Shown here in pieces: positions 1-14,110 of a stretch of 64,000 nucleotides of DNA. This stretch comes from the human T2T-CHM13v2.0 reference genome, Homo sapiens. Location: assembly GCF_009914755.1 (NCBI RefSeq), contig NC_060932.1. One strand, written 5' to 3'. How positions within the stretch are numbered: position 1 is the stretch's first letter; each line of letters opens with the position of its first letter. Made by a program: the position numbers and the translations under genes. The notes beneath the pieces were generated by a model. That model was given only the letters and a program-made list of their open reading frames with translations. It made no database searches and was not told the DNA's origin.

Positions 1-356
1 TTCCTAGAAATACACAGCCTACCAGTACTGAATATGAAGAAATAGGAAATTTGAATAGAGCTACAACTAGTAAGGAGATTGATTTCATAACCAAACACCT
101 CCCAATAAAGCCTGGGATCAGATGGCTTCACAGATGAATTCTGCAAGGTATTTAAAGAAGAATTAACACCAATTCTTCTGAAACTCCTCTGAAGGTTGAA
201 AAGGGGGAAACACTTCCAAATTCATTCTATGAGTTTGGCGTTGCCTGATACCGAAGCCAGATTAGAACATAAAAAACTACACAATTGCATCCCCTTTGAA
301 TATAGATTTTAAAATGCTCAACTAGCAAACAAAATTCACCAGAATTTAAAATACTG

Positions 357-540
357 CTGGGTATGATGTCACATGTCTGTACTGTAGTCCCTAGCTACTT
401 GAGAGGCTGAGATGGGAGGATTCCTTGAGTCTAGGAATTTGACACTGTAGTGTGCGATGATCACACCTGTGAATAGCCACCATACCCCAGCTTGGGCAAC
501 AACATAGTGAGACCTCATCTCTAAAAAATAAAAAATAAAA
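357..540 (+). mobile_element. FAM (fossil Alu monomer)
   Basis: Monomer keeps the 7SL-like GATCACACCTGTGAATAGCCAC segment; A-tail; AAAATACT on both sides. Confidence 0.75.
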
Positions 541-671
541 TACTAGCAGACTGAATTCAACAGGCTATTACAAGGATTCTACACCATGATCAGGTATGAT
601 TTATTCCTGAAATACAAAGAATGTTCAACATGTAAAAATCAAGGTAATTCACACATTAAAAGAATTAAGGA

Positions 672-972
<301 letters not shown>

Positions 973-2018
973 GAAGGAGAAAAATGTAATCATCTCAACT
1001 GATGCAGAAAGAGCATCTGATACAAATCAACATTCTTGATTTAAAAACAATTAACTGGAAATAAAAGGAAACTACCTTAATATACTAAAAGCCAAATATT
1101 TATATAAGCCCCATAGCCAACATCATACTCAGTGGTAAGAGACTAAAAGCTTTTTCTCTAAAATCAGGAGCAAGACAAGGATGACCACGCTCACCTCTTC
1201 TACTCAACATAGTACTATAAGTTGTACCCAGAGCAATTAGGCAAGAATTGGGGGAATAGAAAGCATTCAAATAGGAAAGGAAGACATAAAGCTATCTCTA
1301 TTCACAGGTGACATGACCTTATAGTGTAGAAACCCCTAAAGATTACACACACATACACACAATAAGAAATCTTCTGCAACTAAGAATTCAGCAAAGTTGT
1401 AGGACACAAAATCGACATGCAAAAATCAGTTGCATTTCTATTCACTAACAAGCAACAACCTGGAGAAGAAATTTAAAAAATTTCCCTTTACAGTAGCATC
1501 AAAGGGGTAAAATACTTAGGAATAAACTTAACCATGTAGATGAAAGACTTGCACAATGGAATCTACAAAATGTTACTGGAGAAAATTAAACACACAAATG
1601 CATGGAAAGACATCCCACATTCATGGCCTGGAAGACGATATTGTTAAGCTGTCACTACTACCCAAAGCAATCTACAGATTCAATGCAGTCCCTGTCAAAA
1701 TCCCAATGTCAGTTTTTTATAGAGATAGAAAAATCCATGCTGAAATTTTTATGGGACGTCAACAGTCCTTGAATAGCTAAAACAATCTTGAAAAAGGAGA
1801 ACAAAATTAGAGGTCTTACACATTCTTTTCAAAATGTACTACAAGCTATGGTGATCAAAACAATGTGGAAATGGCTCGAAGAGAGACATAGAGCCCAATG
1901 GTATAGGAATAGTCCATAAAGAAATCCTTACATTTATGGTCAAATGATTTTCAACAAGGGTGCCAAGATGGTTCTATGGAGAAAGGACAGTCTTTTCAAC
2001 AAATGTTGGGAAAACTGG

Positions 2019-2374
2019 TGCTAGGGTTTAAATGTGTCCCCAGAAGTTTATTTGTTGAGATTGTAATTGCCAGTGTAACAATATTAAACGGTAGGACCTT
2101 TAAGAGGTGGTTGGGTTCTGAGGGTGGAGCCCTCAAGAATGAATTAATTCTTATGAGAGCAGATTCTTATAAAAGTAAGCTTTACTTGATCTTGTGATCT
2201 GTCTTGTGCTTGCTTTTGCCCTCTGCCTTTCTGCCATAAGATAACCCTCACCAGATGCCAGTGCAATGCTCTTGGATTTCCCAGCCTCTAGAACTGTAAG
2301 GAATAAATTTATTTTCTTTAAAAGTACCCAACATGTGGTATTCTTTTATAGCAACAAAAAAATGAACTAAAACC
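2019..2374 (+). mobile_element. MaLR solo LTR (MST/MLT1A-type) inserted in L1
   Basis: TG start, CAGCCTCTAGAACTGTAAGGAATAAATT MaLR motif, 5-bp TSD ACTGG (2014-2018, 2375-2379). Confidence 0.8.
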
Positions 2375-2611
2375 ACTGGCTATCCACATGCAAAAAAATA
2401 AATTTGGACCTTTGCCTTACACCGTATACAAAAGTTAACTCAAAATGGATGAAAGATCTAAATGTAAGAGCTGAAACTACAATACTCTTAGAAGAAAACA
2501 CAGGGGGAAAATTTATGACATCAGATCTGGCAGTGTTTTATTGGACAGGACACCAAAAGCACAGGCAAAAAAAGAGAAAATACATAATAAGTTGGAGTTG
2601 TCAAAATTAAG

Positions 2612-2760
2612 GATTTTTTTTTTTTTGAGACAAGGTCTCGCTCTGTTGCCCAGACTGGAGTGCAGTGGCACAATCTCAACCTCCTGAGCTCAAGCAGTTC
2701 TCTCACCTCAGCCTCTGAAGTAGCTGGGACTGCAGGCACATGCCATCACACCCAGCTAGT
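2612..2760 (-). mobile_element. Alu monomer (FRAM/AluJ right arm)
   Basis: Poly-T followed by GAGACAAGGTCTCGCTCTGTTGCCCAG; AAAATTAAG on both sides. Confidence 0.8.
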
Positions 2761-4175
2761 TAAAATTAAGAACCTTTGTGTATCAAAGGGCATTGTCAAG
2801 AGAGAGAAAAGACAACCCCTGGGATGGGGGGAACTATTTGTAAATCATATATCCAATAAGGGATTGATATTGAGAATATATAAAGAACTCCTACACCTCA
2901 ACGACAACAACAAAAAATGATTTAAAAATGGGCAAAGTACTTTAATAGACATTTCTCTAGAGAAGATACACAAATGTCCAATAAGCATGTGAAAGGATGT
3001 TCTACATCACTAGTCATTAAATGCAAATCAAAAGATACCATTTCACACCTACTAGAATGGCTACTATCAATAAAAGTGTTGCCAAGGATGTGGACAAATT
3101 GGAACCCTTGTGTATTACTGGTGGGAATGTAACATGGTGCAGCCACTATGAAAAACAGTATGACAATTCCTCCCAAATTAATTACCATATGATTCCACTT
3201 TTAGGTATATGCACAAAAGAAGTGAATGCAGGGACTTGAATAGATATTTGTACGCCTATGTTCCATAGCAACATTTTTCACAATAGCCAAAAGGAGGAAG
3301 CAACGTATGCCTCTATGGACTGATGAATAAATTAACAGTGTGGCATATACATACAATAGAATATTATTCAGCCTTCAAAAGGAAGGATATTCTGACAAGT
3401 CACACAAGAATGAGTCTTGAAGACACTATGTTAAATAAATAAACCAATAAAAAAAGACAAATCCTGTATGACTCCACATATATATATATTCCCTAGAGTG
3501 GTCAAATTCATAGAGGCAGAAAGAATGGTAGTTGCCAGGGTCTGGGAGGACAGAGAATTGAAGAATTATTCAGTGGGTGCAGAGTTTCAGTTTGAGAAGA
3601 TGAAAGAGTTCTGGAGGTAGAGGGTGGTGATGGTTGCACAACAGTGTGATTGTACTTGATGCCACGGAACTGTACATTTTTAAATTGTTAAAATGATAAA
3701 TTTTGTGTATTTTGCCACAATAAAAAAATTAAATACTTAGGTTTACACCTAATACGACCTGAATAGGATATGTATGTGGAAAACTAAACAATGCCTTTCA
3801 CATGCTTACCTGCCATCTATATATCTTCTTTGGTGAGATGGCTTTTGACCATTTTAAAATCAGTAGTTTATTTTCTTATTGGATTTTAAGAGTTGAGTTT
3901 TAAGAGTTCTTTGTTTATTTTGGATAACAGTCCTTTATCAGCCATGTCTTTTGCAAATATTTCCTCCCAGTCTGTGGTTTGTCTTCTCGTGCTCTTGATG
4001 CTATTTTTCTCAGAACAGACGTTTTTAATTTTAATGAAGCCCAGCTTATCAAGTTGTTCATTTATGGATCATGCTTTTGGTGTTGTATCTAAAATGTCAT
4101 TGCCAAACCCAAAGTCATCTAGATTGTCTCCTATGTTATCTTCTACAAGTTTTATAATTTTGTGTTTTACATTTA

Positions 4176-4312
4176 TGGTGGATCTTAGCTCACTGTAACC
4201 TCCACCTGCCAGACTCAAGCGATCCTCCCACCTCAGCCTCCAAGTAGCTGGGACTACAAGCACAAGCCACCACATCCAGCTAATTTTTTGTAGAGACAGA
4301 GTTTCACCATGC
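4176..4312 (-). mobile_element. Tail-less internal Alu fragment with 16-bp TSD
   Basis: Alu linker plus most of the right arm, no poly(A). TTGTGTTTTACATTTA at 4160-4175 and 4313-4328. Confidence 0.8.
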
Positions 4313-6665
4313 TTGTGTTTTACATTTAGATCTATGATACGTTTTGTGTTAATTTTTGTGAAGGGTATAAGTGTCTGTGTCTGGATTCATTTTTTGATTG
4401 TTTGTTTGTTTTGCATGGGGAGGTTCACTTGTTTTAGAATTATTGAAAAATCTCTTCTTTCTCCGTTAAATTGTCTTCGCTTCTTTGTCAAAGATCAGTT
4501 GACTATATTTCCATAGGTCTGTTTCTGGGTTTCCTATTCCATTCCACTGATACATGTGTCTGTTCTTTCACCAATACCACACTGTCCTGATTACTATAGC
4601 TATGAAGTTAGTAAGTCTTAAAGTTGGATAGTATCAGGCCTTCACTTTGTTCTTCTTCAATATTTTGTTGGCTATTCTAGATCTCTTGCCTCTTCAAATA
4701 AACTTTAGAATTAGTTTGTCAATATCCACAAAGTAACTTACTAAGATTTTGATTGAGATTGCAGTGAATCTAAAAAAAAGTTGGAAGAAACTGACATCTT
4801 AATAATATTATCTTCCTATCCATGAAATGAGAATAGCTCTCCATTTGCTGAATTCTTCTTCGATTTCTTTCATTACAATGTTGTAATTTTCCTCATATAA
4901 ATCTTGTATAATTTATTTTGTTAGATTTATAATTAAGTATTATGGTGGGTTTTTTGGTGCTGATGTAAATAGTGTTGTGTTTTTAATATCAAATGCAAAT
5001 TGTTTATTGCTGCATACGGGAATACAATGGAATTTTGTATATTAACCTTGTATCTTGCAATCTTGCTATAATTGCTTGTGAGTTCCAGGTGGTTTTTTTG
5101 TCGATTCTTTGGGATTTTCTACATAGGCGATCATGTCATTTATGAACAAAGACAATTTTATCTTTTACTTCTCAATCTGTATACCTTTTATTTTATTTTC
5201 TTGTTTTGTTGCATTAGCCATCTTCTAACACAATGTTGAAAATAGTAGTGAAAAGGATTACCCTTGCCTTGTTTCTGATATTGACAGGAAGGCATCTAGG
5301 TTTTCGCCATTAAGTGTAATGTTAGCTGTATCATTTTTGTAGATGTTCTTTGTCAAATTGTGAGTGTTCTTCTGTTTCTTGTTTCCTGAGATTTGTTATC
5401 ATGAATGGGTACTGGATTTTGTCAAATGCTTTCTCTGTATCAATTGGTTCAGTTTATCTAGGTTATCAAATTTGGGGACATAGAGTTGTTTATAATTTTT
5501 TATTATGTTTTAATGTCTATGGAGTCAATAGCTATTTCTTCTTTTATTTCTGATATTAGCAATTTCTGTCTTCTCTCCCTCTTTCTTAGTTAGCCTGGGT
5601 AGAAATTTAGCAATTTTATTGATCTTTTCAAAGAACCAGCTTTCCGTTTCAATGATTTTTTTCTATTGATATTTTGTATTTAATTTTATTGACTTATGAT
5701 CTAGTTTTTAATATTTTATTTTATTTTGCATACTTTGAGTTTAATTCACTCCTCCTTTTCTCATCTCCTAAGGTGTAGGCTTACACTATTGACTTTAGTT
5801 ATTTCTTCTTTTCTAAAGTACGCATTCAATATTATAAATTTCCCTCTATGTACTGTTTTCTGTACTTTCCATGAACCTGGATAAGTTGCGTTTTCATTTT
5901 TGTTTAGTACAAAATATTTTAAAATTTTTCTTGAGATTTATTTTTTTGACCCATGTGTTATTTAGAAGCATGGTGTTTAATATCCAAGTGTTTGGGGGAT
6001 TTTCCAGCTATCCTTCTGTTATTGGTTTCTAGTTTTACTTCATTGTAGTCTGAGAGCATACATTGCATGGCTTCTCTTCTCCTAAATTTGTTTAAGTGTA
6101 TTTTATGGCCCAGAATGTAGTCTATCTTGGTGAATGTTCCATGTGAACTTGAGAAAAATGTGTATTCTTCTGTTTTTACGTGAAGTAATAGATAGATGCC
6201 AAGTACAGCTAGTTGATTGAAGGTGCTATTGAGTTCAGCTATGTCCTTACTGATTTTCTGCCTGCTGAGTCTGTCCATTACGGAGAGAGAATGTTGAAGT
6301 CTTCAACAATAATCCTGGATTCATCTATTTCTCCTGGACATCTATCAGTTCACTGCATGTAGTTTGATACTTTGTTGTTAGGTACATATACATTAAGGAT
6401 TGTTATGTCTATTTGGAGAAATGACCCATTTATTATTATGTAATGCTTGTCTTTATAGCTGGTAATTTTTCTTGCTCTGAAGTCCATCTGAAATTAATAT
6501 AGCTACTCTAGATTTCTTTTGCTTAGTGTTAGCGTAGTATATCTTTCTCTTTTTACTCTATCTGTATCTATATATTTAAAGTGGGTTTTTTCTAGACAAG
6601 TTATAGTTAGGTCTCATTTTGTTTTGTGACAAGTCTCTTACATTCTCTGTCTTCTAGTTGGTGTA

Positions 6666-7086
6666 TTATATAGTTTGGATATTTATACCCACCCAAATCT
6701 CACATCGAGATGTAATCCCTAATGTTGGAGGTAGTGCCTGGTGGAAGGTGATTGGATCATGGGGGTAGATTTCTTGTGAATGGTTTAGCACCATCCACTT
6801 GGTGCTGTCCTCATAATAGTGAGTGAAGTCTCCTGAGACCTGGTTGTTTAAAAGTACGTGGCACTTCCCCTCCTTCTCTCTCTCTTGCTCCTGCTTTTGC
6901 CATGTCATGTGCCTACACCCACTTTGCCTTCCACCATGATTGGAAGCTTCTTGAAGCCTCCCCAGAAGCTGATGCTGCTATGCTTTCTGTACAGCTTGTA
7001 GAACCGTGAACCAAATGAACTTATTTTCTTATTAATTACCCAGTCTCAAGTATTTCTTTACAGCAATGTGAAAATGGCCTAATACA
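6666..7086 (+). mobile_element. MST (MaLR) solo LTR
   Basis: CCCACCCAAATCTCA...GGTGATTGGATCATGGGG...CTAATACA; 5-bp TSD GTGTA. Confidence 0.88.
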
Positions 7087-7523
7087 GTGTATTTGGAACA
7101 TTGACACTTAATATGATTATTGATATAGGTGAATTAATATGTACTATATTTGTTACTGTTTTTCATTCGTTGCCCCTATTCTTTGTTTCTATTTTTGTCT
7201 TTCACTCTTTTTATGCCTTTTGGGGTTTTAATTAAGCGTTTTTTAGATTTCATTTTTCCTCCATCCTTTAATTACCTTTTTTTTTTTTTTACTTTCTTAA
7301 TGGTTGCCCTAGAGTTTGTAATATACATTTTACAATTAATTCAAGTGTACCTTCAAGTAACACTGTACTGCTTCACAGATAGTGTAAGTACTTTATAATA
7401 AAGTATTTCTGACTTCTGCCTCCTGTCTATCATTGCTGTCATTCATTTCACTTATCCATAAGCTATAATAATCACTGCAATACATTGTTATTTTCATTAC
7501 TTTGAACGAACTGATTATCTGTT

Positions 7524-7847
7524 GGCCAGGTGTGGTGCCTCTTGCCTGTAATCCCAGCACATTGGGAGGCTGAGATGGGAGATCACTTGAGCCTAGCAGT
7601 TTAAGACCAGCCTGGGCAACATAACGAGACCCTGTCTTTGCAAAAAATAAAAAAATTAACCAGGCGTGGTATTGTACACCTGTGGCCCCAGCTACTTGGG
7701 CTGCTCAGGTAGGAAGATCACTTGAGCCCAAGAGATTGAGGCTGCAGTGAGTCATGAATGCACCACTGCACTCCAGACAGGGTGACAGAGTGAGACCCTG
7801 TCTCAAGGGAAAAAAAACAAAAAAAGAAGAAGAAGAAAAATAAAAAT
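7524..7847 (+). mobile_element. AluJ
   Basis: Dimer with GATCACTTGAGCC diagnostics and a mixed A-tail. Confidence 0.88.
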
Positions 7848-10800
7848 ACGTTTTAATTTTGCCTTCACTTATTCCTTCTTTAATTGTCTTTCTCCATGCA
7901 GATCTGAGTTTCTAACCTATATAATTTTCCTTCACTTTGAAGAACTTCTTTTAACATTTCTTGCAGGGCATATCTACTAGTGACAAATTCCCCCGATGTT
8001 TTATTGATCTGAGAAAATTTTTATCCTCTACTTTTAAAGGATAATTTTGCTAGATACAGAATTCTAGGTTGGTGGGGTTCTCTTTGGACGCTTAAATTTT
8101 TTCATTCTACTCTCTTCTTGCTTGTATGGCTTTGAAGAGATCCAATGTAATGATTATCCTTATAGGATAGTTAGGAAGATGATTTTTTTCCTCTGGTTTC
8201 TTTCCAGATTTTTTTCTTTGTCTTTATTTTCCATGACTTGGACACAATATGCCTACATGTCATTTTTGGCATTCATGCTATTTGGTGTTTTCTGACTTTC
8301 CTGAATATGTGGTTTGGGAAGTTCTCCGTCATTATTGCGTCAAATATTTCTTCTGTTCCTTTTGCTCTTTGGTCTCCTTCTGGTATTCCCATTGTGTGTA
8401 TGTGATGTGTAATTGTCCCACAGTCGGTGGATATTCTGTTCCATTTTTTTCTCAGTCTTCTTTGTTTTTCAGTTTGGAAAGTTTCTACTGGCATATTTTA
8501 AAGATCATTGATTCTTTTTCAGCCATGTCTAGACTACTAATAAGCCCATCAATGGCATTCTTCATTTCTGTTACAGTGCTTTTTATTTCTAGCACATCTT
8601 TTGGATCCTTTCTTAGAATTCTCGTCTCTCTACTTGCATTACCAATATGTTATTTCATGTTGTCTACCTTTCCATTAGAACCCTTAGCATGTTAATCATA
8701 GTTATTTTAAATTTCCAGTCTAATAATTCCAACATCCCTGACATATCTGAGTTTGATTCTCATTCTCTGTTTCTCTAAACTGTGCTGTTAGCCATTTAAT
8801 ATGCCTTGTCATTTTTTGTCATAAGAGGAACCTGGTACTGACTCCTGTGGACGTTTCTGCTCACGGGTTTGTTGTGATTCTCGGTATCCACCTTTTTGTC
8901 TCTTCAATCATAGGGTGGTGGCTTGCTTTATGACCTGAATTATTTGATGGAGCTAAGAAGACTTGTCAATTTTCAGTTTGTTCAACTTTTTCTCTTGTTG
9001 TTAGGATGGGATTAACGATCTCCAGTCTCCATACATGCTGGACTGGGTATAAAAAATCTCATCCTTTTACCTTTAGCTAATCTGTGTCTTGTATTTAAAG
9101 TGGATTTCTTTAAACCATCATATAACCATATAGTTCTATCCTGCTTTTTCTTAAAATCCAATCTGACAATCCCTGCTTTTAAATGGAATATTTAGGCCAT
9201 AAACATTTAGTGTGGTCATAATTATGGTTGTGTTTTAATCCAACATCTTACTATTTGTTTTTTATTTGTCTCGTCTATTCTTTGCTTCCTTTTCATCTTT
9301 TTCTGTCTTGGATAGATTTGATTAATTGAGAATTTTATTATTCCATTGTATATACCTCAATGGCATATTAGCTCTTTTTAAAAAGTGGTTGCTCTAACGT
9401 TTACAGTATACATCTTAAATGGTCAACCTATCATCAAATTATGTTATACCACTTCACATATATATACAAGAACCTAACAAAAATATATTTTCATTTCCCT
9501 CCTCCTGATCTTTGTGCTATTGTTGTCATAAAATTTTACTTCTATATATGCTGTAAATTCAAAAATATATTATTTCTGCTTTAACAACCAATTATATTTT
9601 TAACAGATTTTAAAAATATAAAAAAAGTATTTTATGTTCACCAATTCCCTTGTGTGTATCCAAATTTCCATCTATATCACTATCCGTTGCCTCAAGGACT
9701 TCCTTCAACATTTTCCATGATGTTGGTCTGCTAATGAATTCACTCAGCTTTTGTGTGTTTGGAAAGTCCTATTTGGCTTTTATTTTATAAACTAATTTTG
9801 CTAGGTGTAGAATTCTAGGTTGAGTGGTTTTTAAAATTTTTTCTTTCTGTACTTTAAAAAATGTTATTCCATTGTCTTCTGGATTGCATAGTTTCAAGCA
9901 TGAAGTCTGTTTTAGTTTTTATTTTTTCCTTCTGTATGTAATGTGTCCTTTTCCCTCTAGTTGCTTTCAAGATTTTCAGCAATTTCATTATGATGTGCCT
10001 TAGTATGGTTTCCTTTCGTTATTTTTTTTTTTTTTGGTTTTTTTTGTTTTTTTTTTTGGTGGGGGATTGTTGGGCTTTTTGAATCTGTGAATTTATAGTT
10101 TCCATTAAATTCAAAAAACATTAAGCCATTATTTTCCCAGATATGTTTTTCTAATCTCTCCCTTTTCTTCTGAGCCTAACTACTTTTATGTTAGGCCACT
10201 TAATATTGTCTCACAAGTTGTTACTTCTATGTTAATTTTCAGTCTTTTTTCTGTTTTTCCTTTTGGATTGTTTATATTGGCATGTTTCTTGTTTACTAAT
10301 ATTTTATTTTGCAATGTCTTATCTACTATTAATCCTCTGTAGGGTATTTTGTATCTCAAATATTCTACCTTTCAAATTTTGATTTGGCTCTTTTTTTTTT
10401 TAGATCTTTTACATCTTGTTTTCAAGAACTGTGATCTTGTTTTCCTCTACCTTCTTGAACACAAGGAGTATATTTAAAATAACTTTTTTAACATCCGTAT
10501 CTGCCAATTCCATCATCTTTGTCATTTCTGGTGCTGTTTCTATTGACTGATTTTCATCCTGGTTGTGGATTGTATTTTCCTATTTCTTTTTCCATCAGAC
10601 AGTAGTCTTCTGAGGATACTACCTGATGTCCCATGTATTAGGAGGTCTTTCCACCTTGTCTTGTGGGAACAGAAACTCTTTCTGTCCTGGTATGAGCTCA
10701 GGAAATTATTCCACCTAATTTTTTTCCAGTGATTCTTTCCATAGCCTTCGGATTTTTTTCACATACATGTGCAGATCATTGTCAGGCAAAAATTCAAGGA

Positions 10801-11269
10801 GACCTCTCTTTAGATCTCTGAAGCCTTCTGTCTATGCAGACTCTTCTCTGCTTCATCCTCTCTCAGCTCAGAACTTTGACTTTTCAACTCAGCAACACCC
10901 TGGTTTCTGTTTTAGTTCCCCTTCCCTGCATCATGGCCTGGAGACCTTCTCCAGACAATGATCAGGGGCACGTATTGGGTTCACCTCATTTGTTTCTCTT
11001 TTCCAGAATTACTGTGTGCACTGTCTGTTGTGCAGTGTCTGAAAACTCAGACATTGCTTAGTTTTGTATTGGTTTAAGGTGGGGGGTTAATCTGATCCCT
11101 GTTACTCCATCATAAGCAGAAGTGGAAGTTTTTATAATTTAAAACTTACTTTCTTATATGTGATGTTGTTTGTTTGGATCCAACTTCATTTCAGTCAAGC
11201 CCTAAATCCCATGGATTATGGGCTTAATTAAGCAATGAATGATATTTTGGAGAGAGCCTTGAATGGAGT

Positions 11270-11440
11270 CATTTTGCCAGGTCTGTCACTCGCCACCTGT
11301 CATTTCATTTCTATGAGCCTCAGTTTCCCATCTACACAATTAGGGTGATAATCAAATACCTTCCCAGCTTACCTTATAAGGTGTTTGAAAATGAAATGAG
11401 ATGGTATGTGTAAGAGCACCTTAAAACTTATATTTACACA
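11270..11440 (+). mobile_element. MIR
   Basis: TGAGCCTCAGTTTCCCCATCT core. Confidence 0.6.
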
Positions 11441-12009
11441 GGTAAACAAGACTGTGATTAGTACTGCTCCACATAATATGTGAACTAGATCCAGTGTCAG
11501 AAACGTAGGGGATGACGGCTATTAAGAAGCCAGTTGAAGAAGGGCTTAGAACCCATTTTCTCTACCTGCACTGAAATTCTTTTCAAAATATCCTTGACAA
11601 ATCCCTCTGATCAAACCCTAAAAATTCGAGTTCCAAATATAGACACATCACTCATTAAGCTTTTTTTCAAATAGAACTTCAATGCCCAGCTCCGGCTCTA
11701 TCCTTTAAATTGCTTTATATTTCTAAGTACATCTTGTGCCTCAGCATTCTCCGTCTCAAAAATGAAATTACTATACTCCTATTTCTATTAGTTTCTTTTG
11801 AGGAACTTTGAAAAACCTTTCAAAGGTATGGCATTGTGTAAGACTTCGTTTAAGTGTGTGGAAAAAGAAGGTGCACTTCTTTGCCCTGACATTGGCCTTG
11901 GGGTGGGAAAGAGCGTTATGAGTTACAAAGGTAGCTACTTTGTCTGTTATAAACCTCTGGTGTTCTCACTTCCACCATCTCACACATACACATACCTCAT
12001 GGTTTTAAA

Positions 12010-12450
12010 ACACAGCCACAATTCTGTGACACTCCCCACTTTAAGAGGTGGAGGGCTATATTTCCTCTGGTTAAATCTAGACATGCTTGTGACTGCTTTG
12101 ACCGACAAATATTGGTTAGAGGTGATGTTATGTGACTTCTGAGCCTAAGTCTTAGAAGGCCATTTAGGCTTTGGCTTGTTTATGGGAACACTCATTCTTG
12201 GCATCCCAAGTTGACATATCAGATTTACTCTGAGGCCACCATGCTAAAAAGGAAGCCAAAAATATATGGAGAAGCCATGTGTAGACATGCCACAACTTAG
12301 CCCAGCCTTTGAGTCACCCCTCCTCTGATGCAAGACTTGTGGGTGAAGAAGCCTCCAGATAATTCTAGCTTCTGGCCATTCAGGTGACTTCTAGTTGTTC
12401 ACGTCTTTCCAGACTCAGACACAGTGAAGCAGACACAAGCCATACTCAAA
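12010..12450 (+). mobile_element. MLT1-type MaLR LTR fragment
   Basis: CTTGTGACTGCTTTGACC...GAGGTGATGTTATGTGACTTCTGAG, GAAGAAGCCTCCAGAT. Confidence 0.65.
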
Positions 12451-13787
12451 TTTTCCATTAATGTACTATATTTTAAACCAGAATGGTACTCAGTCCCTGC
12501 TCTTAGGGAGCTTACAACTTAGTGGTAGGGAGCCTTAGAAATATCAGGACTCGCAAAGCCTGTTACTCGATCTGAGTGCTGCTTATGTGGTGTGTTCACC
12601 TGGCTAAAACTCCATGCACTTCTCTGTAGATACACATTTTATCTTACAAACAAAACTTCTCTTCAACACACATTTTATCTTACAAACAAAACATAGTAGT
12701 TTGAAATCCACACATTAAAGCAATCTCATAATCTAAACAAATACGAAGTATCTTCAACTTCTCACACTGGAATTGTTGGCTGATGACAGAATTCTCTGTC
12801 ATGACATCTCTATTTAGGCTGTCTCATCATTAGCCTGATCCTATTTACCCAGAAGTCAGACGTGTGTACAGAGGTCCTAAGAAAAAGCTTATTTTCCATG
12901 TTGTATTATTATGGGTGGTTTCTAATCAGTTTCACTTCTTCATCTTAGACATTTGGAAAAGAAGAGGCAATAGGATAAAAAGAAATAAATATCCCCTTAA
13001 ACCAACTGCTAATTTATCTTGTAGTTTGTTAATTTTTCTATTGAAATTTGTCTGAAAGTCTAGCTTCTGACCCATTAAATAAAGATCATTTCTATGCAGT
13101 AATCTGACACACCTACCCCCTTAAAGGAAACCTGATAATTGTTCAGAGTGGAGTGGAAGAAAGTTATTGTAGAAAAAGGGTGTTCTTGGCTTGGGACTCA
13201 CGTCCCTCAGTGCTAGGGAGAAGCAAACACAAATCACAGACTGAGCATTAGATTATCTCGGTGCTATCCAAGTGGACAAAACGTGACAAGTCCTTCATCT
13301 CTCGGGGCCTCACTGAGGCTCCGGATCCTGTGAGTTAACCAGTGAAGTGACTTGCTAAAATGTGCGCAGACAGTAGTGGCAGGTTGGACTGGCCTTGTGG
13401 CTTCTGGTTCCAAGTCAGTGTTCCTCCCACCACGGAAGTTTTAGGTATTATCCGCTGGAAACATGATTCATCAGAGACAAGTGGTGGGTTAGGGGTGCTC
13501 ACAAGCGTGTGTGTACAGGGGGGCCGCTGTAGTAACCAGGAATGCCTGACCCGGGGAAACTGTACCTTAGTAATTTAAGCAACTACAAAAAGGTTTTGAT
13601 ATTATAAGGGGTCTACACTACCCACATCCAGGAGCATTCTAGTCTGAAAACAATATTCCTTGTTCCCTAGGTTCATATGGAAAAGCTACTGGACCTTAGA
13701 TTCTGTGAAACTGACCTAATGTCCTTGTGTTCTGCCTGCTTCAGTCAGCGCAGTGAAACTGCAGGTGTACATCTTAAATACCTGCTC

Positions 13788-13788
<1 letters not shown>

Positions 13789-13831
<43 letters not shown>

Positions 13832-14110
13832 ACAGAGTTTTGCTCTTGTTGCCCAGGCTGGAGTGCAGTGACACGATCTTGGCTCACTGAAACCTCCGCC
13901 TCCCGGGTTCAAGCAGTTCTCCTCCCTAGCCTCCTGAGTAGCTGGGATTACATGCGCGCGCCACCACACCTGGCTAATTTTTGTATTTTTAGTAGAGGCG
14001 GGGTTTTACCGTGTTGGCCAGGCTGGTCTCGGACTCCTGACCTCAGGTGATCCGACCGCCTCGGCCTCCCAAAGTGCTGGGATTACAGGCGTGAGCCACC
14101 GTGCCCGGCC
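13789..14110 (-). mobile_element. AluS whose tail is a (GT)20 microsatellite
   Basis: (GT)n at 13789-13828 abuts the Alu 3' end; TSD-like AATACCTGCT (13777) / AATCCCTGCT (14111). Confidence 0.9.

Larger units (their letters stand above)
3796..11130 (-). mobile_element. Antisense old LINE-1 fragments (L1M family)
   Basis: T-rich. The - strand gives L1 endonuclease-like peptide (FFSSSHGTFTKIDYILGHK, 5958-6278) and ORF1-like peptide (MGIPEGDQRAKGTEEIF, 8273-8494). Confidence 0.8.

Noticed and set aside
1556-8695. L1 ORF1/ORF2-like peptides as genes
   Set aside because: Fragmented by stops, frameshifts and nested insertions; dead LINE relics.
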